The notes under the pieces are model-generated. The model made no database searches. It had not been told where the DNA came from and saw nothing but the letters and a program-made list of their open reading frames with translations. Shown piece by piece: positions 10,443 through 20,383 of a DNA stretch of 32,000 bases. Location of the stretch: positions 120,001 through 152,000 of the forward strand of contig NZ_JHXR01000004.1 in the NCBI RefSeq assembly GCF_000621645.1, in the 5' to 3' direction. Numbering within the stretch: the first letter of the stretch is position 1; the number at the start of each line of letters is the position of its first letter. This stretch comes from Vibrio cholerae ATCC 14035. Lineage in GTDB: Bacteria > Pseudomonadota > Gammaproteobacteria > Enterobacterales > Vibrionaceae. The translations under genes were made by a program, and so were the position numbers.

Positions 10443-11627
10443 TTACATCACCGCAGCAATGCCTTGGCACAAGGGTAGCATGTTTGATTTGGTCATCCCC
10501 GCTACGCTGATGCGGCCAGAGCCGACGATATAGATACCCAACTCTGATTTGAGGCGTGCAACTTGCTCTTTGCTTAGGCCAGAGAAAGAGAACATGCCGT
10601 TTTGACGCTCGATAAAGCTAAAGTCAGCGTCTACACCCACTTCTTTCAATGTGTTAACGAAAAGTACGCGCATCTCTTGAATACGTTCACGCATTTCCGC
10701 GACTTCGGCTTCCCATTCTGCGCGTAATTCTGGGTTGTTCAGAATATAAGTGACAACGGCAGCACCGTGAGCTGGTGGGTTTGAGTAGATAGAGCGGATA
10801 ATCGCTTTAACTTGTGAGAACGCCGTTTCTGCAACGGTTGTTGAAGGTGCAACCAGCGTGAAGGCACCGACACGTTCGTTGTACAAGCCAAAGTTCTTTG
10901 AGAAAGAGCTGGCAACCAGAATCTCAGAGTTGTATTTCGCAAAAATACGTAGGCCAGCCGCGTCTTCTTCCACACCTGAAGCAAAGCCTTGGTAAGCAAA
11001 GTCAAACAGAGGCAGTAAGCCTTTGTCAGCCACCAATTTCGCCAGTACTTCCCACTCTTGCTCTGTTGGGTCAATACCCGTTGGATTGTGGCAGCAGCCA
11101 TGCAGTAAAACCACATCGCCTTTCTCTGCCTGCTCTAAATCTGCCAGCATAGCGGCAAAATCTTTGTCTTTGGCATCATAATAAGCGTATTGCGTAGTTT
11201 CCAAGCCAGCGGCATTGAACACACCGTGATGGTTAGCCCAAGTTGGGTTACTGATCCAGACTTTCACATCGCCCAGTTGACGCTTAATAAATTCACCCGC
11301 CACACGCAGCGCACCAGTGCCACCAGGGGCTTGCGCTGTTTTTGCCAGTTTTTGTGTCACTATGTCCGAATTCGCGCCGAACAGCAGTTTTTGTACTGCT
11401 AAACCGTACTCAGCTGTCCCTTCGATCGTGAGATAAGATTTGGTTTTCTCTGACTCAAGCAGTGCGGCTTCTGCTTTCTTTACAGTAGCGAGAACCGGGG
11501 TTTCACCTGCTTCATTCTTATAAATACCTACACCGAGGTTAATTTTGTCGGTACGAGGGTCTTTTTTGAACTCTTCAGTTAAACCTAGGATAGGGTCAGC
11601 GGGAGCGGCAACGACTTTTTCGAACAT
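10443..11627 (-). CDS. aspC: Aspartate aminotransferase
   Basis: Collinear with E. coli AspC from [16 protein letters not shown] through the PLP lysine region [15 protein letters not shown]. The start is set at the ATG that aligns with the E. coli N-terminus, 17 codons inside the ORF-track start. Confidence 0.95.
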   Translation of the reverse strand: MFEKVVAAPADPILGLTEEFKKDPRTDKINLGVGIYKNEAGETPVLATVKKAEAALLESEKTKSYLTIEGTAEYGLAVQKLLFGANSDIVTQKLAKTAQAPGGTGALRVAGEFIKRQLGDVKVWISNPTWANHHGVFNAAGLETTQYAYYDAKDKDFAAMLADLEQAEKGDVVLLHGCCHNPTGIDPTEQEWEVLAKLVADKGLLPLFDFAYQGFASGVEEDAAGLRIFAKYNSEILVASSFSKNFGLYNERVGAFTLVAPSTTVAETAFSQVKAIIRSIYSNPPAHGAAVVTYILNNPELRAEWEAEVAEMRERIQEMRVLFVNTLKEVGVDADFSFIERQNGMFSFSGLSKEQVARLKSELGIYIVGSGRISVAGMTKSNMLPLCQGIAAVM

Positions 11628-11855
11628 AAAGCACATCCATGTCAAGTTAGGGTGGGAAGGGATGATTGAACTCATCAAAATTTACCGTATTTATACCTCC
11701 CTCGTATTCAGGTGACAACAGCACCTGAAAGAAAATATCGAAAAATTTTTACTTGGCTGAAAAACTGGGAATAGTTGGTCATTTGTGATGTAAAAGCCTT
11801 GGGCTTTTCAGCCTAAGGCGAGATGAATTTTTGTCCGGTTATTGAGGCAATACAT

Positions 11856-11986
11856 CAATAAGATAAGATTTGGCGATGTTCAGATCATTACGTATTAAAT
11901 TTTCATTTCTTTCCATCGTCATGGATTGAGCATTCGCAAAGCAGAGCGTCGCCAACACCGCTGCAGCTTCAAGTAGAAAAGGTATA
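11856..11986 (-). repeat. Decayed ERIC-like element in inverted orientation
   Basis: The minus strand reads TATACCTTTTCTACTTGAAGCTGCAGCGGTGTTGGC, matching 33 of the first 36 nt of the element's left arm. Similarity then weakens progressively; the distal arm resembles CTGCAACTCCAAGT only loosely. It starts 10 nt after the HD-GYP gene stop, and the left boundary is approximate. Confidence 0.45.
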
Positions 11987-11995
11987 ACTACAACC

Positions 11996-13447
11996 TTATG
12001 CGGCATCTTTAAAGTGTGCTGCAATGGCCACGAACTTTTCCTCAACCGCGAGAAAAGCCTCGACCACGACAGGATCAAAATGGTGACCACTGCCTTCGAC
12101 AATAATGGCTTTGGCTTTGTCATGACTAAAAGCCGGTTTATAAACCCGAGCTGAAATCAAGGCATCATACACATCGGCTAACGCCATTAAGCGACCGGAA
12201 AGCGGGATGGCTTCTCCTTGTAATTGCGCCGGATAACCCGTGCCATCCCATTTTTCGTGGTGAGTGAGAGCAATTTCTTTGGCAATGGCGAGGAAGGAGC
12301 TCGTCCCTAAATGGCGCTCAGCAATCGCAAGTGCTTGCGCCCCGATACGCGGATGCTCTTTCATGACGGTGAACTCCTCATCGGTCAGTTTGCCCGGTTT
12401 GAGCAGAACCGAATCTGGAATGCCAACCTTGCCTACATCATGTAATGGCGCGGATTTGTAGAGTAGTTCGATATAAGCCGGGGTTAACAGCGTTGAATAT
12501 TGGGGAAAAGCAGCGAGATATTCTGCTAACGCTTTGACGTATTCTTGAGTGCGAAGAATATGTGCCCCTGTCTCGTTATCTCGTGATTCCGCGAGAGCCG
12601 ATAAGCTGACGATAGCCACATCACGTGTGGTTTTGACCTCATTTTGCGTAGCTTCTAAGCTGTCTAACATCTGATTGGTCAACATGGCGACATTGCCTAA
12701 CTCATCGTTAGAGTAGACGGGAAGGCGTACTTGGAGGTTGCCTTGCGTCACGGCTTGCAATGAGCGCTCCTGATGGTCGAGGATCTCTTTCATCACTCGA
12801 CTCCAGAGTACGAGAATGGCCGTGATGTAGCCGCCTAACACCAAGGACAAAAAGGCAAACTCTTTCACAATGCTGATCTTGCCACTGCCATCAAGTAGGC
12901 GCGCAGGGTTATTTTCCAGCCAGTGAATATCTTTGATTGCGACCATGCTGAGCATCACCGTCAGTGTGCTGATTAAAAGGACGATCAAGCCAATCAGCTG
13001 TTTGACTAAGGAACGTCGCTCATCAGAAGAGAGAGCAAGGTTCTGACTTTGAGGCATTTGGCGCAGCGTTCTTAACTTACTGCTTAATTGCAATAACGCT
13101 CCGGTGAAGAAACCAAATAAGGTCATTCCAAACAGTACTTTTAAATTACTGTCTAACGTGAACTGGTATTGCAGATTGTAGTAAAGCGCTAAAGGCAGGC
13201 TCATTGCGAAGAGGAGTGCCGTGTCCAATTGGATAAATTGCTGTTTTCTTGCCCAAATGTGCTGGCGAAGCAGAGTATGCCGAATCAGCCATGCGAGGAT
13301 GAAGACAGCACCCACCTGAGTGGCGATTTCACGAGTGCTTAATGTCGCGAGAAAAGGACAGACTCGGCTTGTGTAAAGCGCAAAGAGCACTCCAGCAAGC
13401 GCATAGAGTCCAAACGTCAGTGGGGCATGGTAAATCGTGTTTTTCAT
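11996..13447 (-). CDS. Membrane-bound HD-GYP domain c-di-GMP phosphodiesterase with HAMP domain
   Basis: A multi-TM N-terminus is followed by HAMP (NLQVRLPVYSNDELGNVAMLTNQM), the HD motif (PLHDVGKVGIP) and the GYP motif (HHEKWDGTGYP). ATG at 13447 is preferred; the ORF-track start at 13474 is TTG. Neither start has an obvious SD. Confidence 0.85.
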   Translation of the reverse strand: MKNTIYHAPLTFGLYALAGVLFALYTSRVCPFLATLSTREIATQVGAVFILAWLIRHTLLRQHIWARKQQFIQLDTALLFAMSLPLALYYNLQYQFTLDSNLKVLFGMTLFGFFTGALLQLSSKLRTLRQMPQSQNLALSSDERRSLVKQLIGLIVLLISTLTVMLSMVAIKDIHWLENNPARLLDGSGKISIVKEFAFLSLVLGGYITAILVLWSRVMKEILDHQERSLQAVTQGNLQVRLPVYSNDELGNVAMLTNQMLDSLEATQNEVKTTRDVAIVSLSALAESRDNETGAHILRTQEYVKALAEYLAAFPQYSTLLTPAYIELLYKSAPLHDVGKVGIPDSVLLKPGKLTDEEFTVMKEHPRIGAQALAIAERHLGTSSFLAIAKEIALTHHEKWDGTGYPAQLQGEAIPLSGRLMALADVYDALISARVYKPAFSHDKAKAIIVEGSGHHFDPVVVEAFLAVEEKFVAIAAHFKDAA

Positions 13448-13680
13448 AGCAAGTGATAGAACCCAAATGGTCAATAAGTTACGGCTAGTTAAGTATAAGC
13501 AGCATCATTAAAGTGAGTGTGATTTATTATCGTTTTGAATAAAGGCGCGGATTTTATAGACATTGCTGGGTGATGACCACTTTAAAACGAACATTTTTTG
13601 AGTGGTCGTATCAGAGTGTAACGATTGAGAGGAGCAATAATTGCTTTTTGTATCAAGGAATACTGTTAAGATACGTCCTG

Positions 13681-13910
13681 TAGTCGGGGAGCCTGAGAGC
13701 GTATATACCCTTCTTACTTGAAGCTGCAGCGGTGTTGGCTACGTTCGTTCACCCCAATCACATAGTTTATCTATGCTCATGGGGATGAACTCACTTGCCG
13801 CCTACCTGCAACTCCAAGTCGTTTGGGTATAACAACGTGCGAATTAAAGGCTGAGATCGCGTAGCGAGACCCGTTGAACCTGATTCAGTTAGGACTGACG
13901 TAGGGAACTA
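13681..13910 (+). promoter_or_regulatory. TPP (THI-box) riboswitch aptamer upstream of thiD, interrupted in P3 by an ERIC-like element
   Basis: The aptamer reads UAGUC-GGGGAGCC (13681-13693), a 155-nt insertion, GGCUGAGA (13849-13856), UCGC-GUA-GCGA, ACCCGUUGAACCUGAU, UCAGU-UAGG-ACUGA and CGUAGGGAACUA (ending 13910). This matches the conserved TPP core as in E. coli thiM and thiC. UAGU pairs with ACUA to close P1. Confidence 0.8.
13704..13831 (+). repeat. ERIC/IRU-like hairpin element, full-length 128 bp
   Basis: Termini are TATACCC...GGGTATA. The central core CGTTCACCCCAATCACATAGTT / GCTCATGGGGAT resembles the ERIC consensus regions targeted by the ERIC2 and ERIC1R primers (from memory). 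I counted about 95% identity by eye to the copy at 18214. Confidence 0.88.
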
Positions 13911-13959
13911 TCCTCAACCGCTGGTATTGTCTCACCATTGATTTGCAGTTTGGGATCAG

Positions 13960-13977
13960 TTCCTGTTTTCACAGGAG
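13960..13977 (+). promoter_or_regulatory. SD-sequestering hairpin (putative riboswitch expression platform) of thiD
   Basis: UUCCUGU-uuuc-ACAGGAG. The 3' arm contains the AGGAG Shine-Dalgarno (13973-13977), 5 nt before the thiD ATG at 13983. Confidence 0.55.
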
Positions 13978-13982
13978 CTTTT

Positions 13983-14831
13983 ATGTCAACAATCTCTTCT
14001 ATTCATACTCCCATAGTGCTGACTATCGCAGGCTCAGATAGCGGTGGTGGCGCTGGAATTCAAGCCGATATCAAAGCCATTTCAGCGACAGGGGGTTACG
14101 CCTGCTCAGTGATTACCGCGATTACTGCACAAAATACGCAGGGTGTTTCCGCCGTTTTTCCTTTGCCATTAGCAGTGGTTGAGCAACAGTTAGACGCCGT
14201 GTTTAGCGATATTCCCGTCTTGGCAGTCAAAATTGGTATGCTGGCGGATGCCCCAATCATCGCTCTGGTTGCTAAGAAACTACGCCAATATCAACCAAAA
14301 TGGATTGTGCTCGACCCAGTGATGATCTCAACCAGTGGCCATCATTTATTGGCGGCAGAGGCAGTCGAGACGTTAAAACGTGAGCTATTACCGTTAGCCA
14401 ATCTCATTACGCCTAATCTGCCAGAAGCGGCGGTTTTAGTGGGGATGACGCAACAAGAATGGCAGCAGAATCCGCAGCAGGGTGTTACCGCGCTTAGTCA
14501 GTTAAACACACCAGCGGTACTGCTCAAAGGCGGTCACGACCATCAGCAAGCCAACAGTGATGACTTACTGATTCAAAGTGGTGATAGTCGTTATTTCTGT
14601 GCGCCCCGTATTGCTACGAAGAATACGCATGGCACGGGCTGCTCACTCTCATCTGCGATTGCTTCATACTTAGCGCAGGGGGCTGAGTTAGTGGAAGCGG
14701 TGGATAAAGCCAAACAGTATATCCACCAAGCTATTGTGCATGCCGATCAATTGAGGATCGGCCGAGGTTATGGGCCGATACACCATTTTTATCTACTGCA
14801 AATGGCTAAAAGCCAACAGAAAAGCCAATAA
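13983..14831 (+). CDS. thiD: Hydroxymethylpyrimidine/phosphomethylpyrimidine kinase
   Basis: ThiD signatures are VLTIAGSDSGGGAGIQADIK, DPVMISTSG, ITPNLPEA and THGTGCSLSSAIA. The start is set at the ATG with AGGAG upstream, 15 codons inside the ORF-track start. Confidence 0.92.
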   Translation: MSTISSIHTPIVLTIAGSDSGGGAGIQADIKAISATGGYACSVITAITAQNTQGVSAVFPLPLAVVEQQLDAVFSDIPVLAVKIGMLADAPIIALVAKKLRQYQPKWIVLDPVMISTSGHHLLAAEAVETLKRELLPLANLITPNLPEAAVLVGMTQQEWQQNPQQGVTALSQLNTPAVLLKGGHDHQQANSDDLLIQSGDSRYFCAPRIATKNTHGTGCSLSSAIASYLAQGAELVEAVDKAKQYIHQAIVHADQLRIGRGYGPIHHFYLLQMAKSQQKSQ

Positions 14832-14848
14832 GAGTGAGCTTGAGGTAT

Positions 14849-14878
14849 AAAAAAACCGTCTCGTTTGAGACGGTTTTT
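14849..14878. terminator. Bidirectional Rho-independent terminator between convergent thiD and asnS
   Basis: AAAAAAA-CCGTCTC-gttt-GAGACGG-TTTTT. Confidence 0.85.
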
Positions 14879-14896
14879 ACATTCAACAGAGCGGAA

Positions 14897-16297
14897 TTAG
14901 AAACTCGCGCTACGTGGAGTACGTGGGAACGGAATAACGTCACGTACGTTACCCATACCAGTTACGTAAGACACGAGACGCTCGAAGCCCAGACCAAAGC
15001 CCGCGTGCGGCACTGTGCCGTAACGGCGCAGGTCGCGATACCAGTCCATGTGCTCAGGATCGATGCCAAATTCACGCATACGCGCATCAAGAATATCCAA
15101 ACGCTCTTCACGCTGTGAACCGCCGATTATTTCACCAATGCCCGGTGCCAAGACGTCCATCGCCGCAACGGTTTTGCCATCTTCGTTCATACGCATGTAA
15201 AACGCTTTGATGTCTTTTGGATAGTTCTTCACGATAACCGGTGCTTTGAAGTGCTCTTCTGCAAGGAAACGCTCGTGCTCAGAAGCCAAATCAATGCCCC
15301 ATTCAACAGGGAATTCAAACGTTTTGCCGCAGTTTTTCAGAATTTCAATCGCATCAGTGTAATCCACTTGTGCGAAATCAGATTCAACAAATTGCTCAAG
15401 ACGCGCAATCACTTCGTTATTAATACGATCGTTAAAGAACTCAAGATCGTCACGACGCTCTGCCAGTACGGCTTTGAACACGTACTTCAGCATGTCTTCA
15501 GCCAGTTTTGCTACAGTGTTCAGGTCAGCGAATGCAACTTCAGGTTCAACCATCCAGAATTCCGCCAAGTGACGGCTGGTGTTTGAGTTTTCCGCACGGA
15601 ATGTTGGACCGAAAGTGTACACTTTGCTGATCGCACAAGCGTAAGCTTCCGCGTTGAGCTGGCCTGATACGGTCAGGAAGGTTTCTTTACCAAAGAAGTC
15701 TTGGTTGTAATCCACTTTACCTGCATCAGTACGCGGTAGGTTTTCCATATCCAGCGTTGAAACGCGGAACATTTCACCTGCGCCTTCTGCATCAGAAGCG
15801 GTGATAAGAGGCGCTGAAACCCAGAAGTAACCTTGTTCATGGTAGAAACGGTGAATCGCTTGTGCCAAGCAGTTACGAACACGCGCAACCGCACCGATCA
15901 CGTTAGTACGTGGACGCAGGTGAGCCACTTCACGCAGATATTCAATCGAATGACGCGTTTTCGCCATTGGGTAAGTGTCAGCATCTTCAACCCAACCGAC
16001 GACTTTTACGTCAGACGCAGCCAGTTCAAATGCTTGGCCTGAAGCTGGAGATTCAACAATCTTACCGGTTACTTCAACGGAACAGCCTGTAGTGAGCTTC
16101 AGAACTTCGTTGTCGTAATTATTGAGATTATTAGGAACCACGGCCTGAATCGGGTTGAAACAAGAGCCGTCATAGATGGCAAGAAACGAAATTCCAGCTT
16201 TGGAATCACGACGTGTGCGAATCCAGCCGCGAACAGTGACTTCACTGTCTACTGCGAGCTTGCCGCTGAGTACGTCATTTACAGGCGCGTAAGTCAT
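14897..16297 (-). CDS. asnS: Asparagine--tRNA ligase
   Basis: Near-collinear with E. coli AsnS (466 aa in both), from [38 protein letters not shown] to the C-terminus [16 protein letters not shown] lies 9 nt upstream of the ATG at 16297. Confidence 0.95.
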   Translation of the reverse strand: MTYAPVNDVLSGKLAVDSEVTVRGWIRTRRDSKAGISFLAIYDGSCFNPIQAVVPNNLNNYDNEVLKLTTGCSVEVTGKIVESPASGQAFELAASDVKVVGWVEDADTYPMAKTRHSIEYLREVAHLRPRTNVIGAVARVRNCLAQAIHRFYHEQGYFWVSAPLITASDAEGAGEMFRVSTLDMENLPRTDAGKVDYNQDFFGKETFLTVSGQLNAEAYACAISKVYTFGPTFRAENSNTSRHLAEFWMVEPEVAFADLNTVAKLAEDMLKYVFKAVLAERRDDLEFFNDRINNEVIARLEQFVESDFAQVDYTDAIEILKNCGKTFEFPVEWGIDLASEHERFLAEEHFKAPVIVKNYPKDIKAFYMRMNEDGKTVAAMDVLAPGIGEIIGGSQREERLDILDARMREFGIDPEHMDWYRDLRRYGTVPHAGFGLGFERLVSYVTGMGNVRDVIPFPRTPRSASF

Positions 16298-16443
16298 GTT
16301 TATTACAGTCTCCGTTGAGATATAAAGACATCCCAATGCCATTTGCGCTCGTCATTGCGCAAAAAATAGACGAAACATTGGGTTGTAGAGAGTTTTACAG
16401 ATTCAACGGAACATATTACCTGTCAATTTGTCAGCTTCAACCT

Positions 16444-18075
16444 TTAATGTGGTTTCCGCGCAGAATTCTTAGCAATCAAAGTAAATTGATTCAGCAAGGA
16501 CTCCAATTGTTGTGACAAATGTTCAAGATCGATGCTGATCTCACGCGTCTCACTTGCCGATTGTGATGTGTTGTTCGCGTGATGAGTGATGACATCAACC
16601 TTATTTTGGATCTCATGACTGACTTCCGTGGTGCGTTTGGTCTGCTCTTGAATGCCCATAGCATGGCTTAGCACTTGTTGCATTTCGCTGACCACACGAG
16701 TCATGGCCGCTGAGAGCTCTTCCACTTCGGATGAACGCTGATGCGCATGAGAGCAGACGGTATCTACCGAAGAGAGCGAGGCTTGGCTGTCACGCTGAAA
16801 TCCTGCGATGATGTTTTCAATATTTCCGGTTGCTTCAGTGGTGCGTGATGCAAGATGACGCACTTCATCTGCAACGACAGCAAAACCGCGACCTTGTTCG
16901 CCCGCTCGCGCCGCCTCAATAGCGGCATTCAGCGCAAGTAAGTTAGTTTGTTCGGCAATGCCTTTGATCACGCCAAGAATGGATGATACTTGGCCAGTTT
17001 GATTATTTAATTCCACAATCCGTTGTTTGACCGCCTCAATATCGCCCACCAGATTTTTGATATCTTCACTGGCTGCGTGTGCTTGCTTGGCACTTTGCTG
17101 AACAATACTGGTGGTGTGATTGACCAATTTAGACGCTTCTTCGGTCGCAAACTCCACTTGTTGCTGCTTACCTTGCATATCCGTGATGTTGGTTTGCACT
17201 TCTGCAGTTTCTTTTTGTTGATTGTTGGCCGCCTGATCGGTGACTTGCGCGACATTCGTAAGCTTTTTGGCCGAATCAGCAAGGGAATGGGAAGTGTCTT
17301 GCACTTGTTGCAAGCTGTCTGACACCGTATCCATCAGTGAGTTGATGGATACCGCCAGTTGCCCGAGTTCATCTTTTCTATCGTTTTCGAGTCGATGGGA
17401 AAGATCTTTACTCTTACTCACTTCACACATAAAGGCCGACGTTTTTTGCAAAGGGAGAACGATAATTCTACGCATGAAAAACAGCGTCAACATAAAACCA
17501 AACAGCGCAATAACCGACATAATGCCGACACCAATAAGAGTGCGATGATTCACCATTTGCGTTAAGTGGTTAAGATTAAACTCAAGACGAATTACACCAA
17601 GCACTTCACCTTCTGGTGCGATGTGACAAGCCACACAGTTAGTACCACGATAGTTTTCACTCGACTTCATCGGCAAGGCAACCACAATGCCTTTCCCCCA
17701 ATCGGCTTGATAGGGCTCTATAATGGTTTCGCCTTGTAATGCCCGTTGATCAATTTCATCTTTCGGTTGTTGATCCGTGCTTCCGGGGCCATAAATCTTG
17801 TTTAAAGAAGGCGCTCGAATGACGCGAACTTGTTCAATGCCATCTTGTGCTAATGCTTTTTGGCGTAGCGTCTCTTTTTGTGCCATGGTGCCAGTCAGCA
17901 TCATCATGTTCAGGCTATCAAAGTAGTTACTGGCTTTGTCGTGCAGCTGCTCACTTAACACGGAATGAATGAGATCTTTTTGCTGCCAATATTGATAAGA
18001 CGTTGAGCCCGCCAAAACTAAGGCAAACACGGTGATTAATGTCAGCAGCAATTTACTAAGAATGGATGAGTTCAT
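16444..18075 (-). CDS. Methyl-accepting chemotaxis protein with a periplasmic sensor domain carrying a CxxCH motif
   Basis: TM1 spans about aa 8-24 and TM2 about aa 179-201. CVACH at aa 147-151 (nt 17623-17637) lies in the periplasmic domain. HAMP follows, then the MCP tip [32 protein letters not shown]. Confidence 0.9.
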   Translation of the reverse strand: MNSSILSKLLLTLITVFALVLAGSTSYQYWQQKDLIHSVLSEQLHDKASNYFDSLNMMMLTGTMAQKETLRQKALAQDGIEQVRVIRAPSLNKIYGPGSTDQQPKDEIDQRALQGETIIEPYQADWGKGIVVALPMKSSENYRGTNCVACHIAPEGEVLGVIRLEFNLNHLTQMVNHRTLIGVGIMSVIALFGFMLTLFFMRRIIVLPLQKTSAFMCEVSKSKDLSHRLENDRKDELGQLAVSINSLMDTVSDSLQQVQDTSHSLADSAKKLTNVAQVTDQAANNQQKETAEVQTNITDMQGKQQQVEFATEEASKLVNHTTSIVQQSAKQAHAASEDIKNLVGDIEAVKQRIVELNNQTGQVSSILGVIKGIAEQTNLLALNAAIEAARAGEQGRGFAVVADEVRHLASRTTEATGNIENIIAGFQRDSQASLSSVDTVCSHAHQRSSEVEELSAAMTRVVSEMQQVLSHAMGIQEQTKRTTEVSHEIQNKVDVITHHANNTSQSASETREISIDLEHLSQQLESLLNQFTLIAKNSARKPH

Positions 18076-18213
18076 GATAGTTTTGTAATTATAAGTGACC
18101 CCGACTTATGTAAATATAGCGTTAATTCACTAGGTGACAAACGTAGACCAATTGTTAGTGTGACCTTAACCAAAGTGTGAGTTTAAATATGAGGTATGAC
18201 GCATACTCTTAGC

Positions 18214-18341
18214 TATACCCTTCCTACTTGAAGCTGCAGCGGTGTTGGCTACGTTCGTTCACCCCAATCACATAGTCTATCTATGCTCATGGGGACTCAC
18301 TCACTTGCCGCCTACCTGCAACTCCAAGTAGTTTGGGTATA
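18214..18341 (+). repeat. ERIC/IRU-like hairpin element, full-length 128 bp
   Basis: Same family and orientation as 13704-13831. It lies in the divergent MCP/queD intergenic region. Confidence 0.88.
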
Positions 18342-18472
18342 TTGCATTGATTATTGAGGAATGTTTCTCAGTCGCTGGTGTGAGAGGGGCGGTTTGTCCG
18401 AATTATGTTTTGAATAGCCTTGTTTCAGCAGCAGAGATTTCTTAGTATTGCGGCTCTTTTTATGCCCCGAGA

Positions 18473-18841
18473 ATGATGATGAAAACAGAATTATACAAAG
18501 AGTTTATGTTTGAGGCTGCTCACCACTTACCGCATGTGCCCGCTGGTCATAAGTGTGGTCGTTTGCATGGACACTCTTTTTTAGTTCGTCTGTATGTTGA
18601 AGGTGAGGTTGATCCCCATACCGGTTGGGTAGTGGATTTTGCGGAAATCAAAGCGGCATTCAAACCGATTTATGATCGTCTCGATCACTATTATCTGAAT
18701 GATATCGAAGGGTTAGAAAACCCAACCAGTGAAGTGTTGGCGAAATGGATTTGGCAGCAACTCAAGCCTAGCTTACCGCTGCTGAGCAAAGTCGAGATCA
18801 AAGAAACCTGCACCGCGGGTTGTATTTATCGTGGTGAATAG
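18473..18841 (+). CDS. queD: 6-carboxy-5,6,7,8-tetrahydropterin synthase
   Basis: Almost collinear with E. coli QueD ([24 protein letters not shown], [14 protein letters not shown]-terminus). Three consecutive ATG codons at the start leave 1-2 codons of ambiguity. Confidence 0.92.
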   Translation: MMMKTELYKEFMFEAAHHLPHVPAGHKCGRLHGHSFLVRLYVEGEVDPHTGWVVDFAEIKAAFKPIYDRLDHYYLNDIEGLENPTSEVLAKWIWQQLKPSLPLLSKVEIKETCTAGCIYRGE

Positions 18842-18879
18842 CGAATCGATTTGAGATTCAGAGTGAAAACGCCCCACAT

Positions 18880-18908
18880 AAAAAACGCCCGGAAATCCGG
18901 GCGTTTTT
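18880..18908. terminator. Bidirectional Rho-independent terminator between convergent queD and sdaA
   Basis: AAAAAA-CGCCCGG-aaat-CCGGGCG-TTTTT. Confidence 0.85.
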
Positions 18909-18929
18909 GTAAGCACAAAAAGGTTCTGA

Positions 18930-20291
18930 TTAACAGATCACTTTGATCGCCAAGCCACCTTGTGAGGTTTCACGGTACTTAGCATTCATGTCCTTGCCGG
19001 TTTCCAGCATGGTTTCAATCACTTTATCCAGTGAAACACGTGGGGCAGAAGAACGACGCAGCGCCATACGGGTTGAGTTGATCGCTTTCACCGCTGCAAT
19101 GCCGTTACGTTCGATACATGGCACCTGTACTTGTCCTGCAACAGGGTCACAAGTCAAACCAAGGTTATGCTCCATCGCGATTTCAGCCGCCATACAGACT
19201 TGCTCTGGGCTACCGCCTAAAAGCTCAGCAAGACCCGCTGCTGCCATAGAACAAGCGACACCGACTTCACCTTGACAGCCCACTTCTGCACCTGAGATAG
19301 ACGCATTACGTTTGTACAAACCACCAATCGCGCCAGAAGCAGCGAAGTAACGGATGTAGTCTTTCTCAGTCACGGTTTGGATGAATTTGTCGTAGTAGGC
19401 GAGTACCGCAGGGATAATGCCACACGCACCGTTAGTCGGTGCAGTGACTACACGGCCACCGGCTGCGTTTTCTTCGTTAACCGCAAACGCATACATGTTT
19501 ACCCAGTCAACCACCGCCATTGGATCGTTGGTGGTTTTTTCGGACGTCAGCAGTTGTTGACGCAGCGCTGCCGCACGGCGTGGTACACGCAAAGGCCCAG
19601 GTAGGATGCCTTCGGTGTTCATCCCGCGTTCCATACACTCACGCATGGTACGCCAAATGTTCGCGAAATAGGTGCGCACTTCTTCGTCAGAATGCATGGC
19701 TTTTTCGTTCGCCATAACGAGCGTGCTGATCGAGAGGCCACTCTCTTTACATTGGTTCAGCAGCTCTTCCGCTGAACGGAAAGCGTAAGGCACTTGAATA
19801 AGAGATTCGTTCTCTTTACCAAAGTGCTCTTCATCAACAATGAAACCACCACCGATAGAGTAGTAAGTTTTGCTGAAGATTTTCTCGTCGTTGATCCATG
19901 CGTGAATCTGCATGCCGTTTTCGTGCAAAGGCAGATTAGTGCGGTGGAAATTCATCCCACCTTCACGAGGGAAAGAGACGGTATGACAGTGCATACCAAC
20001 AGGAAGACGTTCTGTTTCTTCTACACGAGCGATAAAGCTCGGAATCGAGTCGATATCCACTTTCTCTGGCGTATTGCCTGCCAGACCCATGATGATAGCG
20101 ATATCCGTGTGGTGACCTTTCCCTGTCAGTGATAGCGATCCATAAACGTCCACGGTGATTTTAGTGACGTCGCGCAATTTTCCCATTGAGCGTAGTTCGT
20201 CAATAAACTCTTTACCCGCTTTCATCGGTCCAACCGTGTGTGAACTTGAAGGACCAACACCGATTTTATAGATATCAAATACACTAATCAT
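18930..20291 (-). CDS. sdaA: L-serine ammonia-lyase (L-serine dehydratase, Fe-S type)
   Basis: Full-length match to the single-chain SdaA/SdaB family ([41 protein letters not shown], cysteine-containing region [14 protein letters not shown]). It lies downstream of sdaC, so the sdaA versus sdaB assignment is arbitrary. Confidence 0.9.
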   Translation of the reverse strand: MISVFDIYKIGVGPSSSHTVGPMKAGKEFIDELRSMGKLRDVTKITVDVYGSLSLTGKGHHTDIAIIMGLAGNTPEKVDIDSIPSFIARVEETERLPVGMHCHTVSFPREGGMNFHRTNLPLHENGMQIHAWINDEKIFSKTYYSIGGGFIVDEEHFGKENESLIQVPYAFRSAEELLNQCKESGLSISTLVMANEKAMHSDEEVRTYFANIWRTMRECMERGMNTEGILPGPLRVPRRAAALRQQLLTSEKTTNDPMAVVDWVNMYAFAVNEENAAGGRVVTAPTNGACGIIPAVLAYYDKFIQTVTEKDYIRYFAASGAIGGLYKRNASISGAEVGCQGEVGVACSMAAAGLAELLGGSPEQVCMAAEIAMEHNLGLTCDPVAGQVQVPCIERNGIAAVKAINSTRMALRRSSAPRVSLDKVIETMLETGKDMNAKYRETSQGGLAIKVIC

Positions 20292-20309
20292 TTTGAATGC
20301 CTCAAAACT

Positions 20310-20335
20310 AAGCCCCCCTAAGGGTAGGGAGGCTT
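20310..20335 (-). other. GC-rich intercistronic hairpin between sdaC and sdaA
   Basis: The minus-strand RNA reads AAGCCUCCCU-acccuu-AGGGGGGCUU, a 10-bp stem including one G-U pair, followed by AGUUUUGAGG. The GAGG is the likely sdaA SD. Confidence 0.45.
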
Positions 20336-20383
20336 TTGGTATAGTTATGTTTTGTGTTTTAAGCTCATACGCAGAGGTAGAGA

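Noticed and set aside
11839-12123. A 94-aa minus-strand ORF whose internal Met (12006) gives a 55-aa peptide with a convincing-looking signal peptide (MPHKVVVIPFLLEAAAVLATLCFANA-QS).
   Set aside because: The signal-peptide-like hydrophobic stretch is encoded by the ERIC-like repeat arm (GAAGCTGCAGCGGTGTTGGC gives EAAAVLA). The ORF overlaps the 3' end of the HD-GYP gene and has no SD. It is most likely an artefact of the repeat sequence.
16332-16382. Nested inverted repeats between the MCP stop and the asnS start (CCCAATG...CATTGGG enclosing TTGCGC-N8-GCGCAA), considered as a terminator or asnS leader control element.
   Set aside because: On the transcribed minus strand the U-run precedes rather than follows the inner stem, so it is not a canonical terminator. 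T-box control is not expected in this lineage. It is left as an unexplained structure of low priority.
10263-18341. Whether the repeated ~128-bp elements could be a CRISPR array or integron attC (VCR) sites.
   Set aside because: The copies are kilobases apart with ordinary genes between them, so there is no repeat-spacer periodicity. There are no cas or intI genes. The termini TATACCC/GGGTATA and the core match ERIC/IRU rather than attC architecture.
18076-18472. A preQ1 riboswitch or other leader element upstream of queD.
   Set aside because: I could find no preQ1-type hairpin plus A-rich tail consensus. Apart from the ERIC copy, the region shows no conserved-looking structure.
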